A program made the position numbers and the translations under genes. 64,000 bases of DNA from Candidatus Nomurabacteria bacterium (GTDB lineage Bacteria > Patescibacteriota > Minisyncoccia > Phycocordibacterales > UBA5272). Shown in pieces: positions 29,500 through 38,689 of this stretch. The stretch covers positions 91,501 through 155,500 of the forward strand of contig JAQBRF010000004.1 of NCBI GenBank assembly GCA_028286645.1, written 5' to 3'. The notes beneath the pieces were generated by a model. That model was not told the DNA's origin. It saw only the letters and a program-made list of their open reading frames with translations, and searched no databases. Each line of letters begins with the position of its first letter. Position 1 is the first letter of the stretch.

Positions 29500-30627
29500 A
29501 TGACAAACAAAGCATATAAAAACGAGACGATAAAGAGAAAATTCTACAGCTATTTAGCTAATTCTTCAAAAGGATTTTCTCCTACTACCATTGATTGTTA
29601 CGATGGTGCTATTTGTCTATGGGAAGATTTTTCTAAGGGAGAGGATTTCTTGTATTTTAGTAAAACAAAAGCAGAAGAATTCAAAGAATGGCTAAGAAAC
29701 AAGAAGAAGGTGCGTTCTTCAGAAAATGTAAGTCTGTCCTATTGTTACGACATGTTGAGATATTTGAGATGTTTCTTCAACTGGTTGTCTCAACAAAAGG
29801 GATACAGAAAAATAACTCAAAGTGATGTTGATTATCTCAATCTATCAAAAAAAGAAAGAAGAGTAGCAATGCAGCCAAAAAGTAAAGTTGTTCCTTCCTT
29901 AGAACAAGTAAAAAAGGTGATTGAAAATATTAAGGGGGAAAATGAAGTGGAGATGCGTGATAGGGCACTTCTGTCTCTTGCCCTGCTGACAGGAGCGCGA
30001 ATTACTGCTTTAACTTCGTTACCTCTAAGGAGTTTTGATAGGGAAAGACAGGTAATTGACCAGAGTCCAGAGCTGAATGTTAAAACTAAATTCTCAAAAA
30101 GAATTGTCTCACCGCTCATTTCCTTTTCATATAAGGAGCCATTAGGATACTTTGTTGAGTGGGTAAATTATTTAACTAGAAAGGGTTTTACAGATGAAGA
30201 CCCGATATTCCCAGCTACCAAAGTACAAAATGGTACAAAAGATGAGCTGGGTTATTTTAATACTGGTGAAGTAGAGCCTACCTTTTGGCAAAGTACATCT
30301 ACTGCAAGAAAGATATTTGAACAGAGGTTTACCCAAGCAGGTATTAGCTATCACAACCCTCACTCTTTTAGACATCTACTAGTTAAAGAAATATCAAAGC
30401 TCCATCTAACCGAGGAGCAGAGAAAAGCCTTCAGTCAAAGTTTAGGGCATGAGGATGTAGGTACAACATTTGGTTCGTACGGATATGGATATATTGATGA
30501 AGATAGACAAATAGAAATTGTTAATAGTATAGATTTTGAAGGGAAACATCATAGAAAAGAATATGTATTTACCGAGGAAGGGATAAATGAACTTATTAGG
30601 AAAGCCAAAGAGGGTGACGAAGTATGA
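29500..30627 (+). CDS. Tyrosine recombinase/integrase
   Basis: RDRAL..TGAR, KTK, HSFRH, LGH, TFGSYG. Confidence 0.92.
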   Translation: MTNKAYKNETIKRKFYSYLANSSKGFSPTTIDCYDGAICLWEDFSKGEDFLYFSKTKAEEFKEWLRNKKKVRSSENVSLSYCYDMLRYLRCFFNWLSQQKGYRKITQSDVDYLNLSKKERRVAMQPKSKVVPSLEQVKKVIENIKGENEVEMRDRALLSLALLTGARITALTSLPLRSFDRERQVIDQSPELNVKTKFSKRIVSPLISFSYKEPLGYFVEWVNYLTRKGFTDEDPIFPATKVQNGTKDELGYFNTGEVEPTFWQSTSTARKIFEQRFTQAGISYHNPHSFRHLLVKEISKLHLTEEQRKAFSQSLGHEDVGTTFGSYGYGYIDEDRQIEIVNSIDFEGKHHRKEYVFTEEGINELIRKAKEGDEV

Positions 30628-30785
30628 AACATCCGCTTCCAGGAAAGAAAAAGAAGCTAGTGATTCCTCAAATAATATATCAGGAATGTAACTGCGATGC
30701 GTCTGATTCACAGTTAAGGATAGATAAGGCATTTGATATTCTTTTTGAAGAGCTAATTAGGTCTAAAGAACTAGTGAATAACTAA
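30624..30785 (+). CDS. 53-aa small protein (candidate recombination accessory factor)
   Basis: MKHPLPGKKKKLVIPQIIYQECNCDASDSQLRIDKAFDILFEELIRSKELVNN*; ATGA overlap with the recombinase stop; not in the ORF track. Confidence 0.55.
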   Translation: MKHPLPGKKKKLVIPQIIYQECNCDASDSQLRIDKAFDILFEELIRSKELVNN

Positions 30786-30822
30786 CTTGACATCTATGGA
30801 CAATTTAGAACATACTGTAAAT

Positions 30823-31005
30823 ATGGAATTTTATACAAGAAGCGAAGTGGCGACATATCTTAGAGTTCATGAAAGAACTATTATGAGGTGGCTTAAAAGC
30901 GGAGCTCTGAAAGGTTACAAATTAGGAGAAGGAAAAACTGCCGTATGGAGAATTAGGAAGTCTGAAGTAGAGAATTTTCTAAAAAAGCACATAAGTAAAA
31001 AATAA
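30823..31005 (+). CDS. Excisionase-family HTH DNA-binding protein
   Basis: FYTRSEVATYLRVHERTIMRWLKSGALKGYK..WRIRKSEVENFL; TTGACA...CATACT upstream. Confidence 0.87.
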   Translation: MEFYTRSEVATYLRVHERTIMRWLKSGALKGYKLGEGKTAVWRIRKSEVENFLKKHISKK

Positions 31006-31008
31006 TTT

Positions 31009-32640
31009 ATGCCAGAACAATTACAAAATCAAACAAAACTAATTGCTGTTTATGGAAGGGTCTCTAGTTCAAATCAAGAAAACGAGGGAACTATTGAAAC
31101 ACAGCTCTCTGCAGTTAATGAGTTTTCTAAGAAGAATGGCTATACAATTGTGCAGAAATATACTGATGAAGGATGGAGTGGAGATAGTATCGCGAGACCT
31201 GCGTTAGACCAATTGCGAATGGATGCAAAGAAAAAGATTTGGTCTGCAGTTCTAATGTATGACCCAGATAGGTTGGCACGGCGCTATTCCTATCAAGAGT
31301 TGATTATGGATGAATTGAAGGAAGCTGGAATTGAAGTCATATTTGTAACAGTTTCCGCCCCGAAGAATAGTGAAGATAAAATTCTCTACGGAGTACGAGG
31401 TTTATTTGCTGAATACGAAAGGGCAAAGATTGCAGAACGCTTCCGACTAGGAAAAGTTCGTAAAGCAAACGAAGGCCATATTATTGCTAGTGAGGCACCT
31501 TATGGGTATACATTCATTACAAGAAATTCTGAAAGACAAGGTTACTACGAAATAAACGAAATTGAAGCAATTATCGTTAGGAAAATATTTACCTGGGTAG
31601 CTGACGAGGGTTTAACTTTACGAGCCATAGTTAAGCGTCTTCAGAATGAGGGAATACTACCTCGTAAAAGCAAAAGAGGTGTATGGAACACAAGTACATT
31701 AAGCACCCTATTACGAAATAAGACATACATAGGGGAAGCCCACTATGGTGCATCTTATGCTGTGGTTCCATTAAAACCGATTAAGAAGGAAGGCTATAAG
31801 AAAATAAAGAAAACGAGTAGACGAAATAAGCCTGAAAGTGAGTGGATTAAAATTTCTACTCCAAAAATTATTGAGGAAGAACTATTTATACGAGTAGGGC
31901 AAAGATTAAAGTCTAATTTTGAAAAGGCAGTAAGAAATACTAAAAATGAATATCTTCTCGCTGGTTCTATTTGGTGCTCGTGTGGAAATAGGCGGGCAGG
32001 GGAAGGGCCTCAACATGGTAAACACTTATATTACAGATGTACTAATCGCGGATATTGCTATCCTTTACCACGCACTTGTTTTGAAGGAGGAGTAAACGCA
32101 AGAATTGCTGATAAATTAGTTTGGCAAAAAGTCAGTATGCTTATGAGTTCTCCTGAACTTCTAACAAGACAAGCAGAACGATGGCTTAATAATAAGGTGA
32201 GCAGCAAACCTGCGGCCGCTACTGATATTTCAATATTAAGAAAAGAGATTGAAAAACTTAAAGACTCACAAGAACGATACATGAAAGCATATGGTGCGAA
32301 TGTCATCTCTTTAGAGCAGTTAACAGAATACACAGCACCTTTAAAAGAAAAAATGACTTCTCTGGATAGTCAAATAAAGCAAACTGAACTCGCAAATAAT
32401 CAGTTAAATGAAATACCACTACCCAAGAAAGAGGAAATAGAAGAGTTTGCACACAAGGCAAGCCATGAACTCAAAAATTTGAGCTTTAAGGCGAAACAGG
32501 AGATAATAAGAAGCATTATTGAAAAGGTCGTAGGTAATCAACAAGAACTAATAATATCAGGGTTTATACCCGTACAATATCTCAACCATGTCTCATTCTG
32601 CTCTCTCCATCGGAATCGTCGGATTGCCAAATGTAGGTAA
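31009..32640 (+). CDS. Large serine recombinase (resolvase, recombinase, Zn-ribbon, coiled coil)
   Basis: YGRVSS, RPALDQL, DRLAR, APYGY, CSCG...YYRC...C; overlaps the ychF start. Confidence 0.95.
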   Translation: MPEQLQNQTKLIAVYGRVSSSNQENEGTIETQLSAVNEFSKKNGYTIVQKYTDEGWSGDSIARPALDQLRMDAKKKIWSAVLMYDPDRLARRYSYQELIMDELKEAGIEVIFVTVSAPKNSEDKILYGVRGLFAEYERAKIAERFRLGKVRKANEGHIIASEAPYGYTFITRNSERQGYYEINEIEAIIVRKIFTWVADEGLTLRAIVKRLQNEGILPRKSKRGVWNTSTLSTLLRNKTYIGEAHYGASYAVVPLKPIKKEGYKKIKKTSRRNKPESEWIKISTPKIIEEELFIRVGQRLKSNFEKAVRNTKNEYLLAGSIWCSCGNRRAGEGPQHGKHLYYRCTNRGYCYPLPRTCFEGGVNARIADKLVWQKVSMLMSSPELLTRQAERWLNNKVSSKPAAATDISILRKEIEKLKDSQERYMKAYGANVISLEQLTEYTAPLKEKMTSLDSQIKQTELANNQLNEIPLPKKEEIEEFAHKASHELKNLSFKAKQEIIRSIIEKVVGNQQELIISGFIPVQYLNHVSFCSLHRNRRIAKCR

Positions 32641-33694
32641 ATCCACGCTCTTCAACGCCATTACGAAAAAATCCGTTCCTGCGGATAATTATCCTTTTTG
32701 TACTATCGACCCATCAGTTGGTATCGTTCCAGTGCCGGACGAGAGATTAGATGTGCTTGCAAAGCTATCTCTATCTAAAAAAATAATTCCTGGCGTAATT
32801 GAATTTGTGGATATAGCGGGCCTCGTTAAAGGTGCCGCCGAGGGCCAGGGACTTGGAAATCAATTTCTTTCACACATTCGCGAGACAGATGCCATCGCCG
32901 AAGTCGTGCGCATATACGAAAATAGCGATCTCATTCACGTCGAAGGAACGGTAGACCCTCTGCGAGATATTGAGATTATAAATATGGAGTTAATTCTCGC
33001 CGATATGTCTACTGTAGAAAAAAGAATTCAAACAATTGGGCGCGATGTAAAAAGGGGAGACAAAGACGCTTTGAAGCTGGAAGCAATACTTCAGAAGCTA
33101 AAAATTGCGTTTGATGCAGGTCAGTTAGCTAACAGTGTTCATATGGACGAAGAGGAGAAGGGGTTATTGAAAGAGCTTCATTTGATTACTATGAAGCCGA
33201 TTTTATATGTCTTAAATAAACAGTCCGGTGGTAAAAGTTTAGATGAGATGAATGATGAAAGATTTAAAAAGCTAATCTCATTCTTTAATGACAATAACCA
33301 AAAGTATGTAATAGTGGACGCGAAGATAGAAGACGAGCTCAAAGAGTTTGAAGGTGTCGAGAAGGAAGAAATGAGAAGAGAGCTCGGAGCTCATGATAAT
33401 GGAGTGGACGGTCTCATCAAAGCCGGATATGAATTACTCGGTCTTGAAACATTTTTGACTACAGGCCCGGAGGAGACAAGAGCATGGACAATTAAGAAAG
33501 GAAGTACAGCGCCAGTTGCTGGACAAGCCATTCACACAGACTTTAAAGATAAATTCATCCGCGCTGAAGTTGTAGCATACGAAGACTTAGTAAAAGTGGG
33601 AACGTTTGCTGAAGCGAAAAATAAAGGGGTACTAAGAACCGAGGGGAAAGAATACATCGTAAAGGATGGAGATGTGATTGAGTTTAAGATCTAA
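32588..33694 (+). CDS. ychF: Redox-regulated ATPase YchF (element-supplied N-terminus)
   Basis: GIVGLPNVGKST, NYPFCTI, DIAGLV, GLGNQFL, EGKEYIVKDGD. Confidence 0.98.
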   Translation: MSHSALSIGIVGLPNVGKSTLFNAITKKSVPADNYPFCTIDPSVGIVPVPDERLDVLAKLSLSKKIIPGVIEFVDIAGLVKGAAEGQGLGNQFLSHIRETDAIAEVVRIYENSDLIHVEGTVDPLRDIEIINMELILADMSTVEKRIQTIGRDVKRGDKDALKLEAILQKLKIAFDAGQLANSVHMDEEEKGLLKELHLITMKPILYVLNKQSGGKSLDEMNDERFKKLISFFNDNNQKYVIVDAKIEDELKEFEGVEKEEMRRELGAHDNGVDGLIKAGYELLGLETFLTTGPEETRAWTIKKGSTAPVAGQAIHTDFKDKFIRAEVVAYEDLVKVGTFAEAKNKGVLRTEGKEYIVKDGDVIEFKI

Positions 33695-33700
33695 ACAGAC

Positions 33701-34390
33701 CTATCTTACCTCTAGAAATACTTTAGGTTTGGTGGTGATAATGCGATCCTTTATTTCTGGAAAGATTTTACCTAATTGGATATTCTCAAAAAATATTGTT
33801 AATTCTCCATCATATGGATAGGCATTGGCATCATACAGAACATTTTTTATTTTTACTCTTTTTAACATTTCGGGCATTTCCTCAATGACATAGTGTGCCA
33901 TTCGGTTGATTTGTTGGTCATCGAAAGTTCGATTTTCATTCTTTGTGAATCCTTTGATTATTCCCTTTAATGTATCTTTAAACAATGGATTACTTTCGTA
34001 GTAATTATACAGAAACTTTACATCTTCTTTGTATCGGTCATCCATTAAATCCTTCCACGAGGCATAAATAATCTTTTCTTTTTCTTCTAAGCTAAAGCTT
34101 TTATCAATCTCATTTTTTACTTTTTCTATAATCACATTTCCCATTTTGTTAGAAAGTTCTAAGGCTTTAGCATGGGTAATGCCATTTCTAACCTCTAAGT
34201 TTATGGCATGAATATAATCAGCCACATATACCACAACGACGTCTTTGGTATGTTCTAAAGACCAACGGGTAAGTGCAACTATGTTTTCTACAGTAAACCA
34301 TTTATTTCCCAAACTTACTCCTATTCCTATTGTGTACTGCTTCTGTTGAAGTTCTTCCAAGTTGCCTCCTCTAATTTTACGAAGTTCCAT
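33701..34390 (-). CDS. tRNA-dependent cyclodipeptide synthase (XYP subfamily-like)
   Basis: GVSLGNKWF (catalytic Ser), YVAD, SWKDL, YVIEEMP (YxxxE), AYP. Confidence 0.85.
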   Translation of the reverse strand: MELRKIRGGNLEELQQKQYTIGIGVSLGNKWFTVENIVALTRWSLEHTKDVVVVYVADYIHAINLEVRNGITHAKALELSNKMGNVIIEKVKNEIDKSFSLEEKEKIIYASWKDLMDDRYKEDVKFLYNYYESNPLFKDTLKGIIKGFTKNENRTFDDQQINRMAHYVIEEMPEMLKRVKIKNVLYDANAYPYDGELTIFFENIQLGKIFPEIKDRIITTKPKVFLEVR

Positions 34391-34444
34391 GATACACAAA
34401 TTTTAACATAAATTATATATAAATTAGATGTTATAATTCTATCC

Positions 34445-35188
34445 ATGAATCAGGAGTATTCTGCCGATTATAAGTTAAGTCTATATATAAACAGGATAAG
34501 AGCCTTTTTACTAAATCAGGGATTTTTCGAGCATCATTTATACTCTACAACTAATTACAAAATTGAAAACACAGATACTTTTCCTTTAAAGGATGGCATA
34601 TCTTTACGTTATAATCCTGAACCAGATATTTGGCAGATAGGTATTAAGTACGATAAATTTTTCTGGATTGGCAGTATGTTTAGAAATGAAAAAGAGATTA
34701 ATGAAACCAGAAGATATGAATTTACGGTAGTGGACATTTACCAACCAAATGGGAGACAAGAAGATGTTGTAAGTAAATTTATAGAAATATTGAAAATGTT
34801 GGAAGAAAGGTTAAAATTACCAGTTTTATCTTCATGTGAAGTTAAAACAATGCTTCATGAGGAATTCAATAAGGAGGACAGAATATTACCTTCAGGTAGG
34901 TGCTGGCTTCTAGTTACTAATTATCCAATTGTAGAATCATTTTATGACACAGGAAAAGATTCTGATTATACTTCTAAATTCGAAATTTACTTTGTTGATG
35001 AAGGCGTGCCTTTAGAAATAGCCGCTTGTGGAAATTTAGGGGAAAATATAAATAAAGTTAATTATATTTCGAGTGAAGATAGTTACATTAATCAAGAAAT
35101 AATAAATAAAAAGTTTATCGGTTTTGGTTTTGGGTTAGAAAGATTAATTTTTTTGTATGATCGGGAAGCTATCGACCATACAGAATGA
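34445..35188 (+). CDS. Class IIb aminoacyl-tRNA synthetase-like catalytic core without anticodon domain
   Basis: Motif 1-like IRAFLLNQGFFE, motif 2 FRNEKEINETRRYEFT, motif 3 GFGFGLERL; 247 aa. Confidence 0.8.
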   Translation: MNQEYSADYKLSLYINRIRAFLLNQGFFEHHLYSTTNYKIENTDTFPLKDGISLRYNPEPDIWQIGIKYDKFFWIGSMFRNEKEINETRRYEFTVVDIYQPNGRQEDVVSKFIEILKMLEERLKLPVLSSCEVKTMLHEEFNKEDRILPSGRCWLLVTNYPIVESFYDTGKDSDYTSKFEIYFVDEGVPLEIAACGNLGENINKVNYISSEDSYINQEIINKKFIGFGFGLERLIFLYDREAIDHTE

Positions 35189-35316
35189 TCATGGGTGATG
35201 CCTACTTGTACTAGCGGCGAGAGGCCAGTCCGCATCTCAACAAAAAGGTAGGGCAGGTACGCTCTGCACGTAATCCCATCAAAGCCTACGGACCACGAGC
35301 TGGCGCGAAATCGCCA

Positions 35317-35375
35317 GCTCTTTCTTTTTATATTATCGTTTGACTTACTAAAAATAAGATGTAGTGTTTGGGTAA
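35317..35375 (+). repeat. 59-bp direct repeat, copy 1 (terminator tail plus promoter)
   Basis: GCTCTTTCTTTTTATATTATcGTTTGACTTACTAAAAATAAGATGTAGTGTTTGGGTAA; 1 mismatch to 41559-41617. Confidence 0.9.
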
Positions 35376-35396
35376 TCATTTTGCCTCGAGGTGCGT

Positions 35397-35495
35397 ATGA
35401 GTGAGCCTACATTTCGTAAGGTTGTTAATTTACAGGAGTTGGCGTAGCATTTGCAAACTCTGCGAAGGATGGCAAAAGGTCGGTCCATTCAATGA
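35397..35495 (+). pseudogene. Truncated paralogue of the HTH gene at 41641
   Basis: MSEPTFRKVVNLQELA*HLQTLRRMAK vs LHLPELAKYLQMCRLMMK; in-frame TAG at 35445. Confidence 0.55.
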
Positions 35496-35572
35496 CCGGG
35501 GCTTAATTGAATTCTATCTATGGAATCTTGTGTTGCGAGTCGGTTGAATTGAGTCTAATATATAACCATACA

Positions 35573-38500
35573 ATGGAATTTATTAAAATATTTACCCAGT
35601 TAAATAAAAACAACGCACCTATTGCTGGAGGAAAAGGGGCCTCCTTGGGGGAAATGACTCAGGCGGGGATTCCGGTTCCGCCTGGATTTGTTATTTTATC
35701 TGAGACTTTTGATCATTTTTTATCGGAAACAGATTTAACGCAGGAAATTGAATTGATTTTAAAGAAAATAAATCATAATGAGATTCATGCTGTAGAGTCT
35801 GCCTCAGAAGAGATTCGGAATTTAATACTTCACAAAGATATTCCAGCAGATATTGAAGAAGGGATAATTAAATCGTTTAAAGAACTTAATGCTACCTACG
35901 TAGCAGTGAGATCATCTGCCACAGCAGAAGATGGAGCGGACCATGCTTGGGCAGGTCAACTAGAAACTTATTTAAATACTACAGAAGAAGACCTTCTTCG
36001 TAATGTAAAGCTTTGCTGGTCATCGCTTTTTACTCCGAGGGCCATTTTTTACAGATTTGAAAAGGAGCTAGATCAAACTAAAATTTCTGTAGCCGTAGTT
36101 ATACAAAAGATGGTGGAATCAGAGGTTTCAGGAATTGCCTTTTCAGTTCATCCTGTAACTGAAGATTATAACCAACTCATTATAGAAGCCGGATTTGGCT
36201 TAGGCGAAGCCATTGTGTCGGGGGCGGTTACTCCGGATTCATATATCGTGACAAAGAATTCACGGGAAATCGATATAAATGTATTTACGCAAAGCCGCGC
36301 ACTTTATAGATCTGTTAATAAAAATACGGAAGATGGAAATAACGAATGGAAGATAATCTCCGAGCCTCAGGCTTCATCTCAAGTACTTACAAATGATCAG
36401 ATTTTAGAACTTACTGAAATTATTATCACCATCGAGAATCATTACGGATTTCCATGTGATATCGAATGGGCGTACGAAAAAGGAAAGTTTTACATAGTCC
36501 AAAGCAGGCCCATCACAACTTTGAAAGGAAATATTGATTTATTAATAAAAACAAAAGAAGTTAATTTTAAAAAGGAGGATTATGTAATTACGTTTTGGGC
36601 ATCAGGCGTGAGTATTATATATACCGATATGGTTAAGGATATGTACCTACCGTATGATCCGCTGTTATGTATTTATGAAAATAAATATTATCAATATTTA
36701 TCGAAAACCGCTTATGACCAAGCAGGGAAAGATGGTATAGATTTATATGGCAATAAAGAAGCATATTATAAATATGAAGAAGATTTAAAAAAGGTAAGTC
36801 TTGATTTTAAGCGCTTTCGTGATAAGCGAATAAGTGAAACCTTTATCACTAAAGAAATACTTGAAGATTTTATAATGTATTCTAGCAAATTGCACCGAGG
36901 GTACAGTAAAATGGGATATGAGCATACCGACAAAGCTTTTTCTTTAGCAAATGAAAACCCTATAATTGCGGAGACCTTAAAAGAAGTTTCTATATTTAAG
37001 GACCAGATTAGAGCTGTAATAAATGAGATGTATTTTGAAAAAGGTTCATTGTTAGAGAATCTTTTAATACGATTAGAAAACCAGTTTCATGTTTCTTCTG
37101 GCGATTTATTAAATTATACTCAACAAGAATTACTCAATCTTTTTGATGGCAGCTTTGTCTCAAAGGAAGAGCTAGAAACTCGCGCCCTTGGTTTTGCTAT
37201 TCAGGGAATAGGCGGTGAAATTAAATTCTTTACAGGGAAAGTTGTAGAAAAAATAATTAACCAATTAGCTGAGCATATATTAGATAATAGAAATGAAATA
37301 AAAGGAATAATCGCGAATAAGGGTAAAGTATCTGGTCGAGTAAAAAAAATTAATGTTGATTATAGTGATTTTACGAAGCTAAATCAAGAAATCGAAAAGA
37401 TGAAAAATGGGGAAATTCTAGTGGCCGAAACCACTGCTCCTGAATTAATTATCGCTTGCCGAAAAGCTTCCGCTATAGTGACGGATCAAGGAGGCTTAAT
37501 GTCCCACGCCGCCATAATAAGCAGAGAATTTAATATTCCATGTATAGTTGGAACTAAATATGCTAGCCAGATTCTTCAGGATGGTGACGAAGTTGAAGTG
37601 GACGCAGATAAGGGAATAATAAAGATTTTAAAGAAAGCGGATCGAGAAAATTATCTCTTTTATTATGAATCACAGGGCTATTATTTTATTTTAGATGATC
37701 TTATTGTGGAATCATATATTGATTGGCCAATAGTTGAGATGCGAAGAGGAGACTGGAAACGGGTGTATATGACCGAAGAAGATATTCAAGAAAATTATCT
37801 TAAGGGACTTTCTTTTACAGAAAAAGAAATTAAGAAGAAAACCGATAATATACGACGACTGATTGAAAAAATAAGAAAAGTAAATTTTAATAATGCGCCA
37901 AAAGAAATAATTCTTAGTGGATTACAGATGATGGAAGATTTATTCGAATCATATAAATACCTTGATACCTCGTTTAGTGAGGGTTTATATGAGAAAAATA
38001 TCTCTGATCTTAGAGTGCTTATTATTGAACAATCTAAAAACCTTATACGAGATGATTTTGATTATATCTTTTTTAAGGACGGTGGAATATTGCGGCAATT
38101 ACTAACGGCTACAGCATTGCTCACTGGAACAAAAGCAGAAGATATAAGATGGTATCGCACTAAAGAGTTAAAAAGACTTATAAATGAACCTTATGAGATT
38201 TCTTCTTCTGAGATCCAAGCAAGATCTAAAGCTGCTGTCTTTGATAAAGACAGGAATGGAAATATAACTTTTTATTCGGGCCAAGAAGCAGAAGACTTTA
38301 TACAAAAGTTTGATAAAGAATTTGAAAAAGATAAGACTGAAGTGCTTAAGGGAACTGTTGCGTATGGAAATGGGGGTAAAATTAAAGGAATAGTTACTAT
38401 CATACATCGCGACTATTCGAATCTTTCAAAATTAGGTATTGATATGGAAAGGATGGCACCAGGTTCAATTTTAATAACAACCATTACAGACCCTGAATTC

Positions 38501-38689
38501 CTCCCTGCTATGAAGAAGGCCAGCGCAATAGTCACGGACATTGGAGGACTCTTGTCACACGCTGCTATTTCCGCAAGGGAACTCAAGGTTCCATGCATCG
38601 TAGGAACTCAGATTGCCACTAAGACTCTAAAAGATGGAGACGAAATTGAAATTGATATGAATACAGGAGCTATAAAATTCTTATCATGA
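35573..38689 (+). CDS. PEP synthase/rifampin-phosphotransferase-like protein: ATP-grasp domain plus two phospho-His swivel domains
   Basis: GGKGASL, VAVRSSATAED, DIEWA, QSRPIT; TDQGGLMSHAAIISRE and TDIGGLLSHAAISARE; no PEP-binding TIM barrel. Confidence 0.88.
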   Translation: MEFIKIFTQLNKNNAPIAGGKGASLGEMTQAGIPVPPGFVILSETFDHFLSETDLTQEIELILKKINHNEIHAVESASEEIRNLILHKDIPADIEEGIIKSFKELNATYVAVRSSATAEDGADHAWAGQLETYLNTTEEDLLRNVKLCWSSLFTPRAIFYRFEKELDQTKISVAVVIQKMVESEVSGIAFSVHPVTEDYNQLIIEAGFGLGEAIVSGAVTPDSYIVTKNSREIDINVFTQSRALYRSVNKNTEDGNNEWKIISEPQASSQVLTNDQILELTEIIITIENHYGFPCDIEWAYEKGKFYIVQSRPITTLKGNIDLLIKTKEVNFKKEDYVITFWASGVSIIYTDMVKDMYLPYDPLLCIYENKYYQYLSKTAYDQAGKDGIDLYGNKEAYYKYEEDLKKVSLDFKRFRDKRISETFITKEILEDFIMYSSKLHRGYSKMGYEHTDKAFSLANENPIIAETLKEVSIFKDQIRAVINEMYFEKGSLLENLLIRLENQFHVSSGDLLNYTQQELLNLFDGSFVSKEELETRALGFAIQGIGGEIKFFTGKVVEKIINQLAEHILDNRNEIKGIIANKGKVSGRVKKINVDYSDFTKLNQEIEKMKNGEILVAETTAPELIIACRKASAIVTDQGGLMSHAAIISREFNIPCIVGTKYASQILQDGDEVEVDADKGIIKILKKADRENYLFYYESQGYYFILDDLIVESYIDWPIVEMRRGDWKRVYMTEEDIQENYLKGLSFTEKEIKKKTDNIRRLIEKIRKVNFNNAPKEIILSGLQMMEDLFESYKYLDTSFSEGLYEKNISDLRVLIIEQSKNLIRDDFDYIFFKDGGILRQLLTATALLTGTKAEDIRWYRTKELKRLINEPYEISSSEIQARSKAAVFDKDRNGNITFYSGQEAEDFIQKFDKEFEKDKTEVLKGTVAYGNGGKIKGIVTIIHRDYSNLSKLGIDMERMAPGSILITTITDPEFLPAMKKASAIVTDIGGLLSHAAISARELKVPCIVGTQIATKTLKDGDEIEIDMNTGAIKFLS

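Larger units (their letters stand above)
19335..32613 (+). mobile_element. Integrative element (~13.3 kb) inserted in ychF by a large serine recombinase
   Basis: Joining the ends rebuilds an intact ychF start (attB) and a palindromic attP CTCCAT-cGGc-ATGGAG; integrase at the right end. Confidence 0.88.

Noticed and set aside
19335-32613. Prophage or conjugative ICE
   Set aside because: No structural, terminase, relaxase or T4SS genes recognised
34445-35188. epmA (EF-P lysylase) assignment
   Set aside because: Shorter than EpmA, EpmA-specific motifs not recognised, and no efp or epmB nearby
35507-35572. TTG-initiated N-terminal extension of the PEP-utilizer gene
   Set aside because: The domain begins at ATG 35573 and the extension does not look coding
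35573-38689. Canonical ppsA
   Set aside because: Lacks the C-terminal PEP/pyruvate-binding barrel, so no gene symbol is assigned
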